Origin: Promethearchaeota archaeon
GTDB lineage: Archaea > Asgardarchaeota > Lokiarchaeia > Sigyniarchaeales > SOKP01
DNA: 55,727 bases
Direction of reading: 5' to 3'
Assembly: GCA_019058015.1 (NCBI GenBank)
Contig: JAHLWH010000212.1
Span: 1-55,727 of the forward strand
The stretch's first letter is position 1. Each line of letters begins with the position of its first letter. Positions 38,174 through 48,757 of the stretch are shown here, piece by piece. The position numbers and the translations under genes were made by a program. The notes beneath the pieces were generated by a model. That model did no database searches. It worked only from the letters and a program-made list of their open reading frames with translations, and was not told the DNA's origin.

Positions 38174-39157
38174 GTGAAATTAATGAATATTCTTCTTACA
38201 GGAGCTTTTGGAAATGTTGGATTAAGCACTTTAAAGGAATTAACTAAAAAAAATTATAACATTAGAATTTTTGATATTGAGAATTCTAAAAATAAAAAGA
38301 TAGCAAAAGATTATGAAGGAAAGGTTGAAATAATTTGGGGGGATATACGGAATAGTGAGGATGTTAATAAAGCCGTCTCAGGAATAGATATCGTTTTACA
38401 TGTTGCTGCCATAATTCCTCCGCTTGCTGATGCACAACCAAAATTCGCCGAAGAAGTTAATGTTGGAGGGACCTCAAATATTATTAAGGCAATGGAAATG
38501 CAACCCCAAAAACCTCGATTAGTTTATACATCTTCAATAGCAATTTATGGAGATCGCCGTAAATCTCCTTTAATTAGGACTAGCGACCCTCTTAATCCCA
38601 CAATTGATGATGAATATGCCAAACAAAAACTAAAATGTGAAGATCTCATTAGATCTTCTAGTTTAAAATGGGTTATTTTACGCTTAACTTATATTGTCTC
38701 CCCTAATAAACTTCAAATGGACCCCATAATGTTTGATATGCCAATAGACACATGTATTGAGATTTGTGATACTAAAGATGTTGGACTTGCTCTTGCAAAT
38801 ACGGGGGAAAATAATGAAATTTGGGGTGAAACATTGAATATCGCCGGAGGACAAAAATGTCGGATCATCTATAGGGATTATCTTAATAGAATGTTTAAAT
38901 TATTTGGTCTTGGAACCAATTTTTTACCTTCCGAGGCCTTTAGTGAAGATGATTTTCACTGTGGATTTATGGATACAGAAAAAAGTCAAAATTTACTTCA
39001 ATATCAGAGATACACTCTTGATGATTATTTTAAAGAAGTCAAGAAAAAAGTTAAAGTCTCAAGATTTTTCAATAAAATTTTTCCCCTGATTATTCGGCCA
39101 ATTGCTAAAAAACATATACTTAGACAATCATCTTATTATGAAAGTAAAAATGAATAA
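38174..39157 (+). CDS. NAD-dependent epimerase/dehydratase (extended SDR)
   Basis: TGAFGNVG, HVAA, NVGGT, SS, YAKQK. Confidence 0.88.
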   Translation: MKLMNILLTGAFGNVGLSTLKELTKKNYNIRIFDIENSKNKKIAKDYEGKVEIIWGDIRNSEDVNKAVSGIDIVLHVAAIIPPLADAQPKFAEEVNVGGTSNIIKAMEMQPQKPRLVYTSSIAIYGDRRKSPLIRTSDPLNPTIDDEYAKQKLKCEDLIRSSSLKWVILRLTYIVSPNKLQMDPIMFDMPIDTCIEICDTKDVGLALANTGENNEIWGETLNIAGGQKCRIIYRDYLNRMFKLFGLGTNFLPSEAFSEDDFHCGFMDTEKSQNLLQYQRYTLDDYFKEVKKKVKVSRFFNKIFPLIIRPIAKKHILRQSSYYESKNE

Positions 39158-39209
39158 TCCCGTAAAATATAAATAAATGTGGAAAAAAAAATTAAGAAAA
39201 TTTTTTAAT

Positions 39210-39980
39210 TTACCCATTTTGGTAAATTTCAAATGCATCATCTACACTAGCGTTATTATGAACAATTTCTCTTACTGCTTTAATCATTCCAACAGGTTTA
39301 TCAGATTGAAAAATGTTCCTTCCCATGTCTACGCCAACTGCCCCTTTATCTATAGCATTTTTGGCCATTTGTAAAGCATCTCTCTCAGGAATTTTACGTC
39401 CGCCTGCAATAACAACTGGTGCCGGGCATATACTAGTAACTTCTTCAAAATCTTCGCAATAATAAGTCTTAACGAAAGTTGCACCCATTTCAGCTGCCAT
39501 TCGAGATGCCATACCCAAATATCTTGCATCTCTTACCATTTCTCTACCAACGGCAGTAACTGCTAAAACTGGGATGCCATATGTTTGACCCCAATTTACT
39601 AACTTCGAAAGATTCATAATTGATTGTTTCTCATATTCACCACCGATAAAAATCGAGCACGTGATAGCAGATACATTCAATCTAATCGCATCATCTATTG
39701 TAACATTGATCTCTTCATTTGAGAGTTCTTTAAGCATACTCGCACCGGCTGAAACTCTCAGAACTATTGGTTTATCAACTTCTGCAGGAACACAATTTCG
39801 AAGCATTCCACGTGTTAACATTAAAGCATCAGCATATTCAAAAAGAACATTTAAATCTTCAAAGCGTTTCAAAGCACCCGGAACATTTCCAAAATAACCA
39901 TGATCAACAGCTAACATTACACAATGTCCAGATTTTGGATTAATTATCCGTGATAAGCGATTTTTCATTCCCCAATCCAT
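39210..39980 (-). CDS. lsrF: LsrF-like thiolase/class I aldolase (3-hydroxy-5-phosphonooxypentane-2,4-dione thiolase family)
   Basis: MDWGMKNRLSRI, MLAVDHGYF, VTAVG, VKTYY, IAGG, GVDMGRNIFQ. Confidence 0.85.
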   Translation of the reverse strand: MDWGMKNRLSRIINPKSGHCVMLAVDHGYFGNVPGALKRFEDLNVLFEYADALMLTRGMLRNCVPAEVDKPIVLRVSAGASMLKELSNEEINVTIDDAIRLNVSAITCSIFIGGEYEKQSIMNLSKLVNWGQTYGIPVLAVTAVGREMVRDARYLGMASRMAAEMGATFVKTYYCEDFEEVTSICPAPVVIAGGRKIPERDALQMAKNAIDKGAVGVDMGRNIFQSDKPVGMIKAVREIVHNNASVDDAFEIYQNG

Positions 39981-40207
39981 AGTAATTCACTTACTTTTAT
40001 TATTTTTTTTTGTTTGATTATAATTTTTTAACGTTAATTTAAAATTCCTTATATCTAATACTTCTTAATAGATTAAATTTTTATTAACTTTTTTGATTTT
40101 TTTTAAAGACTTAAGGATACTAACTAATAAACTCATTATTAACTATATTTACTTTTATAACTAGATCTAAATTCGATTTAATTTATTACTTTGCAAGAAA
40201 AAAAGGT

Positions 40208-40231
40208 GGCTTCTCCTTATTAGGAGAAGCC
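40208..40231. terminator. Perfect GC-rich hairpin, terminator-like
   Basis: GGCTTCTCCT-TATT-AGGAGAAGCC (10-bp stem). An A-run on the left is a U-tract on the - strand; a T-run lies ~25 nt to the right. Confidence 0.55.
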
Positions 40232-40287
40232 GTTCTCCCCCCATTACCCTATGTGTTTTTTTTTTAAAAATTTTATTTCAAAGTGCT

Positions 40288-40491
40288 TTATAACTTTTTA
40301 ATCCTATTTGCTTTATTTCTTAATCTTTGTAATCGAGCAAAATCAATCTCAGTAAAAATATCTTTTACTCTAAATTTTTCAAGATAAAAATTATCTTGTT
40401 GCATTTTGCTTAATTCTTTAAACGGAGTATTTATATGTAAATCTTTTTTTAAATATATCAAATTATTTGATAATACTTTCATTATTTTCAC
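40288..40491 (-). CDS. Small basic hypothetical protein
   Basis: 67-aa ORF in a ~720-nt gap, followed by the 40208 hairpin; no motif. Confidence 0.35.
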   Translation of the reverse strand: MKIMKVLSNNLIYLKKDLHINTPFKELSKMQQDNFYLEKFRVKDIFTEIDFARLQRLRNKANRIKKL

Positions 40492-40698
40492 TTTTTGAGT
40501 TCTTTTTTTGTCTCGAACTTTTTTTTTTACCTAAAAAAAAAAATATTAAGTACTAAAATATTTTTTTTTACATATTTAAACCTTTTGTTATAAGACTTTT
40601 TTCAAAATCTAAAAATATAAATATAAAACACTTAGTATTGAATCTTTTTTTACAACAAAAGTATTAAATTAGGAATCAAGCTATAAATTTACTGGAAA

Positions 40699-41931
40699 TT
40701 ATAAAAAACCTATAGAAAATGAGAAAAATAAAAGAATTATTATTGTTAATGACAAATACAGTATTAAATTGATTATATTTTTTTTACTTCTTGTTTTTTG
40801 AAAGCGATAATAATATAATAATTTATTTAATATTGTAGCACATAATCCAAAAACAATCATATTAATAGCCAAGTTAATTTCAACTAATCCTGAAATATAT
40901 GCTGTAGATGTAAATAATGAACTTGCACCACCAGATAATAATCCAATCATAATTGCAATTGGTAGATACAACTGATATGGAATATGAATATTTTTAAATA
41001 TAATCGTTAAGAACACCGCAAATAAATAGGTTGAAGAAAAAATTAAAGCAGATTTTAAAGAAAGAGGATTCTTCACTTTTTGAAGAATATATTTTTTCTC
41101 TTTTTTCCTTAAAATTAAAATATTAATAATTATACCTAGTATGGTTGTTAATATTAATGGGTAAAATAGTCTAACGGTTAATTCAGATGAGATTAGAATT
41201 ATTACTAAAAGGATTCTAATGATCATAGTTTGCAGTAATAATGAAACAGTTGCAGGATGAGCGTCAATTTCAGCTAATTCTTTAGTTGTAGCTTCACTAT
41301 GAGCAAAGCCGCCTAATATCGATAATATATATAAACTCTTTTCCGACGAGGATTTAAGGAGAAAATATGAGAAATATTTAATCGCTAAAATGGTTAGAAA
41401 AACATATACTATAGCAACAAATTGAATATTATATATTATTAAATCTTGAGGGAAAAGAATAAGCGTTAATATCATAATTGCTAAAAATTCAACAGTTCCT
41501 GTCCATTCAATATCCTTTAACTTTTGTATTTTATAGAATTGCTTTTTAGTAGAAAGGATTATTAAAAATATAACTGAAATGGTTATAGCAAGAAAAGAAT
41601 TATAATAACTCATGATTCCAATGACCATTGCCAAAAGCATAGATAATGTTGTTGTATATCCCGGGTCATCAGTTCTAAATAATCGATAAGAAGTACCAAT
41701 TAATAAAAATACAATCATTCCTCCAAAAATAATAATAAGAATATATAAACCTAGATCTTGCAAAAATTTATCATATAGAATAATAATTGTAGTAGATATT
41801 ATTGAAAAAAATATATGATCTCTAGCACCATATTGTGCAGATACTCTTGTTCGTTCAATTCCAATAATAAAACCACAGAATAAAGAAACAAATATTGGTA
41901 TTAAAAATTCAATATAATTTTGATCCATCAT
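40699..41931 (-). CDS. MgtC/SapB family membrane protein with DUF4010-like C-terminus
   Basis: GFIIGIER...GARDH, GYTT, LGGFAHS, KNPLSLKSALIF. Confidence 0.8.
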   Translation of the reverse strand: MMDQNYIEFLIPIFVSLFCGFIIGIERTRVSAQYGARDHIFFSIISTTIIILYDKFLQDLGLYILIIIFGGMIVFLLIGTSYRLFRTDDPGYTTTLSMLLAMVIGIMSYYNSFLAITISVIFLIILSTKKQFYKIQKLKDIEWTGTVEFLAIMILTLILFPQDLIIYNIQFVAIVYVFLTILAIKYFSYFLLKSSSEKSLYILSILGGFAHSEATTKELAEIDAHPATVSLLLQTMIIRILLVIILISSELTVRLFYPLILTTILGIIINILILRKKEKKYILQKVKNPLSLKSALIFSSTYLFAVFLTIIFKNIHIPYQLYLPIAIMIGLLSGGASSLFTSTAYISGLVEINLAINMIVFGLCATILNKLLYYYRFQKTRSKKNIINLILYLSLTIIILLFFSFSIGFL

Positions 41932-41981
41932 TGGTTATAACAAAAAATATTGAGCGAATCAATTTATATTTATTTAGAAAT

Positions 41982-42776
41982 CTAATTCTCTTTCTTTATT
42001 AGAATTATTGCATTTTCTGGACATTTTGAAACGCATAAACCACATCCAAAACATTTAATTTCTTCAAAAAAAAATCCATTTCCTTCAATTTTTCTAGCTC
42101 CAAAATAACACCATTGCTCACAATTTCCACAACTCTTACATTTTGATAAGTCTGTTTTTGCTATGAAATCAGATTTTATCATTTGAGGTGAACCACTTTT
42201 TATAAATTTACTCAATATTACGCAACAACAAGGGCAACAGTTGCACACAATGTAGTAAAAATTCGGATTTGGAAAATATATTAACTGATGAACTAAACCT
42301 CGTTGATCACAATCTTCTAATAATTCAAATATTTCTTGTTTTGAAACTCGTTTAAAATTCTCTGATTTGTAAGGTATTTCGTATAAAGATTGTCCAAAGC
42401 CTATATGTATGCAAGTTCTAATTGGATTATCACAATTTTTGTAGGTTAATCTGCAATAACAATACCCAATACCTACTACATTTGACCTGGATATTAGTTT
42501 GAAAATTTCTTGGGATGGAAGAAATTTTGTTTCTGGATGAAAATTTACATTTAAAGGAATAACATGTCCACCCCATCTTTTTTTAAGGATGTAAGTATCA
42601 ACCACTTCAAGTATGTGCATCTTAGTAAATCTTTCCGTTAATCTAAATAACTCCAACATTGGTACTTCAATTATACCTAGCAAGAAAGAAAATATTCTAC
42701 CAAGATGAGGAATTATTTTTAATAATTTATCAATTTTAGTCTGAAATAAATATTTTTTCCGTTTAATTGGTGGCAT
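41982..42776 (-). CDS. 4Fe-4S binding protein
   Basis: CYCR, GLVH, CNCCPCCC, CKSCGNCEQWC, CFGCGLCVSKCP. Confidence 0.85.
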   Translation of the reverse strand: MPPIKRKKYLFQTKIDKLLKIIPHLGRIFSFLLGIIEVPMLELFRLTERFTKMHILEVVDTYILKKRWGGHVIPLNVNFHPETKFLPSQEIFKLISRSNVVGIGYCYCRLTYKNCDNPIRTCIHIGFGQSLYEIPYKSENFKRVSKQEIFELLEDCDQRGLVHQLIYFPNPNFYYIVCNCCPCCCVILSKFIKSGSPQMIKSDFIAKTDLSKCKSCGNCEQWCYFGARKIEGNGFFFEEIKCFGCGLCVSKCPENAIILIKKEN

Positions 42777-42870
42777 TATATTATAATTTGGAATAATTGA
42801 ATAAATACAATAAATTTAATTAAATGGAAATTAACTTAGATTAACTTTGTAAAAAGCAGGAATATAAATT

Positions 42871-43383
42871 TTATTTTTTAAGATTTTGTTTAAATATCTC
42901 AACTGTTTTTGATATTTCATTAATCCGAAGTGAAAATTCCTTTGGATGCATGCTCTTTAATTTTTCAAAATCCGAAATAATCTGATTTAATTCATCAATC
43001 CATAAATTCATAAGTAATTCCTGTTCCTTACCTTTAACAGCCATGTCTATCTCGGCACTTATCATCGATTTTAACCTTTCCAATAGGTGTTTTTCATTTA
43101 TTGCCAAGGAAATTTTCATTGTATCATATTCACTTTCAATTTCTTGTAATTTTGCTGTCATATTTTTTTTATCAATTAAATATTGCTCAGAAAATTCTTT
43201 AAATTTACTATTGATTACTTCTTCTTGAGTTTTTATTTGCTCTCGAATATAACTGATATCATTTTTTATAGTTTTTATCTCTCCATCAAAAAATTTTACC
43301 TAATTCTCAATATTAGTAAGTTGTTCATCTAATTCTTCAATCTCATCCATTGTAATTTCATTTGTGCTTTCTATCTGCTCCAT
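42871..43383 (-). pseudogene. Coiled-coil protein gene (~170 aa) with an internal in-frame TAG at 43300-43302
   Basis: ATG 43383 MEQIESTNEITMDEIEELDEQLTNIEN*VKFFDGEIK... continues in frame into ORF 42871..43161. Confidence 0.7.
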
Positions 43384-43409
43384 TTTATCTTTTTTTTCTT
43401 TAGGAATCT

Positions 43410-44413
43410 TTATTCGCCTCCAGTTTCTTTAAATTCTTCCTTTACTTCTTTCACATTTTGTTCACTTTTTTCTAAACTTAATATGGAATCTAAGTTAAAT
43501 TCAAAATCTTTTTTAATATCATTTAATTGTTTCATTGTTTTGTCAATTGTATCAATAAGTGAATCTATTGGAGTTGTTTTTAAATTTAAAATTACATCTT
43601 TTATTATGGTTAATTTATTATCAAATGAATCTATAATTTGATCTTTTATTTTATTAAATTCTTCAATTTTTTTCTTATATCTTACATAATCAATTAATTC
43701 AGTTCCAGAATCTAAATTAGGGACAGAAGATGAAATTTCTTTTTTAGTTAATTGAGGTACTGATTTACTTGAAATCATAATTGAGTCTACCTTATCTAAA
43801 TTTACAAATAAATCTTTTAGCTGATCTTCAGTTTTGTTAATTAAGTTCAAGAATTCATTTGATATTCCATGAAATTTTTTAGATGTAAGTCCTTTCTCCC
43901 ATTCCTTTAAAAAGCTAAATATGATTAAATTAAATGCTTCAGATAGATTTTCTTGAGTTTTAGCAGAAGCTAGAATTAATGGAATATTTTTTATGGTATA
44001 ATAATTTGCAATATTCTCTAGTTCTCCTTAGTTGAAATTAAATCTAATTTATTTCCAATTACAAATGCAATACATACATCTGTATATTTTGATAAATTTG
44101 CTAAATAATCAATTTCTAATCCAGGTAATGTTTCTTTTGGTTGACTTAAATCAAACACTAAAAAAGCAGTATCCACATTAGTAAAAAATACTGGGTTCAA
44201 AGGATTAAAGGATTTTTGACCACCAATATCCCATATATTAACCTTAATTGCAATATTCTTTAACATAAATTCCTTCCTTGCAATACTGCTTCCAATTGTT
44301 GGAATATACATTCTTGGAATCTCTTGATCTAAAAATGATTTGACTATTGAAGTTTTTCCAACACTTCCAACACCTAAAATTACTAATCTTATGTTAATTT
44401 CATCAACTAGCAT
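43410..44413 (-). pseudogene. Small GTPase with long C-terminal coiled coil (~334 aa), frameshifted near 44021-44027
   Basis: G1 GVGSVGKT, PTIG, WDIGGQ and GNKLD lie in ORF 44018..44413. The shifted frame gives ELENIANYYTIKNIPLILASAKTQENL (G5 SAK) and runs into ORF 43410..43850. Confidence 0.8.
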
Positions 44414-44613
44414 AAAATTCTCTCAAATTCTTACTCTATATTTGATTTTCAATTATAATTGTAATACTTAACAAAGGTATGAATGTTTTTCCTTATAAAT
44501 TTGCCTTCATATTTTTTAATATAATCAGATGAATAAGTAATAATGGCTCATATTTTAAATTCAAGAAAATTTTATTAAAAGTAGTTTATGTTTATAATAA
44601 ATTAAAGTAATGA

Positions 44614-45060
44614 ATGGTTAATAATTTGAAAGAATTATATGAAGTTGGAATAATACTTCGTGGATTTACGCTTGTAAATTATATCATTAAAAACATCTCG
44701 GTAAAAACAAAAAAGGAAGTTCATAAGGACCTTAGATCATCATTTATTTCTGCTATAACACAATTTGTAGAAAAAGCATTTCAAGGCTCTGCTTTAGAAT
44801 ATCTTGAATCAGGCGATATTCTTTTTATTTTTATTACTGAAACAATTCAAGCGGGAGATTTCAATACTGTAGAAAACATACTTGCATATGCAATTTGTGA
44901 TAAAAAGAAAAATATTGATAAACAAGTTGAAAAAGTCAAAGTTAAGTTGGATCTTATACTAAAACAATTTATACAGAGATATAATAATGAGAATTTTACT
45001 ATTATTGATAAATTCCAAGATTTTAAACCTGAGATTGAAAAATTTTTTACTAAAAAATAA
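44614..45060 (+). CDS. Longin-like domain protein
   Basis: GII.RGF.LV, DLRSSFISAITQFVEKAF, LEYLESG..LFIF pattern resembling Asgard longin-like domains; divergent from the GTPase. Confidence 0.55.
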   Translation: MVNNLKELYEVGIILRGFTLVNYIIKNISVKTKKEVHKDLRSSFISAITQFVEKAFQGSALEYLESGDILFIFITETIQAGDFNTVENILAYAICDKKKNIDKQVEKVKVKLDLILKQFIQRYNNENFTIIDKFQDFKPEIEKFFTKK

Positions 45061-45441
45061 CATGCGTTTTAAAAAAGTTATTAACAACTCAATTTACTAA
45101 GATCTTTTCATAATAATTGGGTAGAAGCACAGAATTATTAAATACATAATTTTACTGTATTCTAAATTTCTTTATAAGAATTATTTAATAAACAAGAATA
45201 ATTTTTTTTTACAATTCCTTTTTCCTTTATTATAACAAAAAGTTTAAATATGTGACTCAATTATTAATTAGGTAAACAAATTTTAAAAAAAAAAAAATAA
45301 AAAGTAAAAAATTTTAAATAATCGGTAAAAAATTAAAATATCTTTCTGAAATTTTAAAAAATAAATAATTTCCATTCTAAAGGTTAATCAATAAATCCAG
45401 AGTGGCTCTATTGCCACTTTTCTCTATTGGGAGGTGTAGGG

Positions 45442-45603
45442 ATGTATAAAAAAGAAAATATACTTGTATTGAAAATTATGGAATCCAATCATATCCCAAT
45501 CATATCTAATCACTTCAAGCTCATTTTAAATTCACGCGATGTTGGGGGGCTCCAGGGGGAGGTACTCAACCAAAATATAAAGATTCTATCACCGGATAGA
45601 TAA
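45442..45603 (+). other. Candidate 53-aa small ORF or structured RNA
   Basis: GGAGGTG SD at 45430-45436, ATG 45442, TAA 45601-45603; GC-rich hairpins within and upstream. Confidence 0.35.
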
Positions 45604-45703
45604 TACTTATCCTATTCTAACAAAAAATCATCCCCCCTGAAGAATCTTTTTATTCAATTTAATAAAAGGCAGATAAATCATCTAACAAAAATCTTTTTAT
45701 TAT

Positions 45704-47128
45704 TCAATCAAATGATAAGATTCCTATTGTTAGATCATTCACATTTATGCCAGTATAACCAGTGATAATTTCATCCATTAACATTTTGAAAAAAGTATTT
45801 GAGTCATTATTTTTTAGGAATGCTAAAGGGTTTAAATTCATATCCTTAAATCTTTTTATCGTATAATTATCAACAATTGCTCCCATTGCCTCAGAGTTCC
45901 CCTCAATTCCATCAAGGTTTACTGCCAGGATTAAAAAATTGTAATTAATTTCTTTATTTTTAATTGAATTAAGAAAGCTTACTAGCATCTCTTGATTTCT
46001 ACCACCAATACCATCCCCTTTTATCGTAACAGTTAATTCGCCCGTTCCAATTAAGGCAAATTTATCAGTTTTCACTTTTTTACCATTTTCTTCTATGAAT
46101 TGTGAAATAAGTTTAAATAAATTTGCTCCATATTCTCTGGCTTCTCCTTTAATTTTTTCTTGAATATATTTAACCTCTATATTTTTTTGACATAAATAAT
46201 TTTCTGCAGCTTTTGCAGCATCCTCTACACTTCCTATTATGAAATTATGAACTTTAAGAAAACATGGATCTTCTTTTTTAGGTGTCTCAGGAATCTCCTT
46301 CTTAATTCCTAATAATAAAAAATTTCTTACACCTTCTGGGATTTTATCAAATATTTGATATTTTTTTAAATACTTTATTGCATCCTCGTAAGTGGTTTGG
46401 TCTGGAACTGTAGGTCCTGAAGCAATTGTATCTAGACGATTTCCAATGACATCGGAAATTATCAATGAAATTATTGTTGGTTGTCCATTTTTATTTGCAG
46501 CTTTAACTAATCGACCGCCCTTAAAAGCAGACAGATGCTTTCTTATCGCATTAATTTCTTCAATACTGGCACCAGAAGCTAATAATAATGAATTCACATC
46601 TTTTAAATCTTCTAAAGTTAATCCTTTCATTGGTAAAGGTAATAATGCTGAACCCCCACCGGAAATTAGACAGAAAATTAAATCATTATTAGAAGTATTT
46701 TGGATTAAATCCATCATATTTTTAACTCCATTTATACCAGCATCATCAGGAATGGGATGAGATGCAAAATTTAATTTTATTCCACCAGAGAAATATTTGT
46801 CATCAATTATTAATCCTTTTGGGATATTAATGATTCCATTAAATGGAATTTTTCCATATGAAATCAAAATATTTTCCAACTCTGCTGCCATAGCACCAGA
46901 TGCTTTTCCGCCACCAATTATGATACATCTCTTAAATTGTGTTAAATCTAAAGATAAATTATAGATTTTGAGTTGGTTTTTATCAATAATTACGGCTCTC
47001 TTAATCAAAATTTTTGGGTTTTCTGCATCTAAAGCTCTTTCTAAAGCGTCGATAAGCACTCTTCTTAATTCTAGATTTTTCTGTGGAATATTCTCGTTCA
47101 ATAGTATGTCTCTATTTTTTATGAACAT
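45704..47128 (-). CDS. Glycerate 2-kinase (MOFRL/DUF4147 family)
   Basis: GGGKAS, ASHPIPD, LISGGGSAL, INAIRKHLS, SDVIG, IASGPT, GELTV, GGRNQE, TGINVND. Confidence 0.92.
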   Translation of the reverse strand: MFIKNRDILLNENIPQKNLELRRVLIDALERALDAENPKILIKRAVIIDKNQLKIYNLSLDLTQFKRCIIIGGGKASGAMAAELENILISYGKIPFNGIINIPKGLIIDDKYFSGGIKLNFASHPIPDDAGINGVKNMMDLIQNTSNNDLIFCLISGGGSALLPLPMKGLTLEDLKDVNSLLLASGASIEEINAIRKHLSAFKGGRLVKAANKNGQPTIISLIISDVIGNRLDTIASGPTVPDQTTYEDAIKYLKKYQIFDKIPEGVRNFLLLGIKKEIPETPKKEDPCFLKVHNFIIGSVEDAAKAAENYLCQKNIEVKYIQEKIKGEAREYGANLFKLISQFIEENGKKVKTDKFALIGTGELTVTIKGDGIGGRNQEMLVSFLNSIKNKEINYNFLILAVNLDGIEGNSEAMGAIVDNYTIKRFKDMNLNPLAFLKNNDSNTFFKMLMDEIITGYTGINVNDLTIGILSFD

Positions 47129-47236
47129 TTCTTTGGAAATCTCAATAATTTTTATATTAAAATTGCATAACTATTTTTATATAATATTTTGAATTTATTA
47201 TATTAATTTAAATAAATAAAAAGAAGATGGTAAATT

Positions 47237-48718
47237 TTGGAAGAAGAAAAGCCAAAACCTAAAAGTAAATTTATTATTAAAATTCAAGAACTATTAGATA
47301 AATATTTTTATAGAATCTTTAATGAAAGCCATTTACTATATACAATAATTTTCTTCATTTCTGCAATTTTGATTGCTTTAATAAGCTTAATTCCCAATTG
47401 GGGGGATCTAATTTTATTTTTAGCAACAACAATTTCATTAGCTTTTATATTTTTAATGTTTTTTGGATTAATCCCTAAATTGAATGATTTTTTATTTTCT
47501 ACAGAGAAAAGATTTGATAGGAATAAAATTTTTGGTTTCTTAATAGCATTTGGAATAAGTTTTGTTATAATCCTAGTATACTTCTTATTAGGCCATTCTA
47601 CTCAATTACCCATTCAATTCTTGGGTTGGGATTTAATTCTACCAACTATTTTCATTATAATTTATTTTGGATGGAATCTTATTCAAATATTTTTTCTCAA
47701 AGTAGGATTTGAAGATTTATCTGTTAAGATAAATAATAAAGTTCTTACAAAATTTGAATTATCTGAAAGAAAAGAATATATCACAATAACCTTTTTAATT
47801 TTAGGACTCGCTGCGCCAATCTTAATGCAAATTGGTACTTTTTATGGATTTTGGTCATATTTTGCGCCAGTAAATCAAGGAGATCCTCTTGATAATTTAT
47901 ATTTATATATTGGTTGGAATGTTGTCGTCTTTATTATTATTGGTATAACATCATGGCGCTTAATTAATCTTTATTTAAGAAGTAAAAAGAATGAAACCCC
48001 CAATGTATTTTCTTCTATGTTTTACATTTTTATTTGGCTCATTATTTGGTATAGAGTATTCAGTTTCACAAATGCATTACGTGGTGCAACTCAACCGACA
48101 GGCACGGATGTTATTATGGCAATTCTTGATGTGTTATTAATGGTAGCTACAGCTATTTTGGTTCTAAAAGGATTGGGTGATAAAATATATACCTCTCGAA
48201 TATTTAATGTTAATAATATGCCTTTTTTCCTTTTTGCTTTTACATTTTTATATATTGAAGGCCAGATTATAATGATTACAGGAGGAGGTTCATTACCAGG
48301 ATTTTTTACAGATCGCAATCAAGTGAATTTGATTAGTAATTTTTTAATGTTAATTATTACCGTTTTCTTCTATATGTGGTATTCTGAATATGTCTCAGAA
48401 AGGAAAGGGTTAATAATGAGAAAACGTTATAACCAGGAAGAAGTAATTTCGATTATAAGTGATTTCAAAAAATATTTAGAGGATAATGAAGCACTTGATA
48501 CAAATAAGATCGGAGATAAAGAATTTCAGGATTTTTTACAAATGAAAAAATTGGAAATTAAAGGACAAAAACCATTAGAAACTGAATCTAAGAAAGTTCA
48601 AGTTGAAGAAAAACCCTTTCAAGAAGAAAAAGTAGAGATAGAGAAAATCGATGAAGAAAAAGACTCTATAGAAGAAGAACAAGAAGAAGAAAATTTGAAC
48701 GAAGAGGAAATGGAATAA
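47237..48718 (+). CDS. Polytopic membrane protein with acidic C-terminal tail
   Basis: About 10 hydrophobic segments and a Glu-rich tail. Confidence 0.75.
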   Translation: MEEEKPKPKSKFIIKIQELLDKYFYRIFNESHLLYTIIFFISAILIALISLIPNWGDLILFLATTISLAFIFLMFFGLIPKLNDFLFSTEKRFDRNKIFGFLIAFGISFVIILVYFLLGHSTQLPIQFLGWDLILPTIFIIIYFGWNLIQIFFLKVGFEDLSVKINNKVLTKFELSERKEYITITFLILGLAAPILMQIGTFYGFWSYFAPVNQGDPLDNLYLYIGWNVVVFIIIGITSWRLINLYLRSKKNETPNVFSSMFYIFIWLIIWYRVFSFTNALRGATQPTGTDVIMAILDVLLMVATAILVLKGLGDKIYTSRIFNVNNMPFFLFAFTFLYIEGQIIMITGGGSLPGFFTDRNQVNLISNFLMLIITVFFYMWYSEYVSERKGLIMRKRYNQEEVISIISDFKKYLEDNEALDTNKIGDKEFQDFLQMKKLEIKGQKPLETESKKVQVEEKPFQEEKVEIEKIDEEKDSIEEEQEEENLNEEEME

Positions 48719-48757
48719 TTTAAGAAAAAATTAATTCTCTAATAACAAATTTTTTTT

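Noticed and set aside
43300-43302. Genome-wide TAG recoding
   Set aside because: TAG ends pyrG and the 4Fe-4S gene at plausible C-termini, and no pyl genes are in the window. A nonsense mutation or base-call error is simpler.
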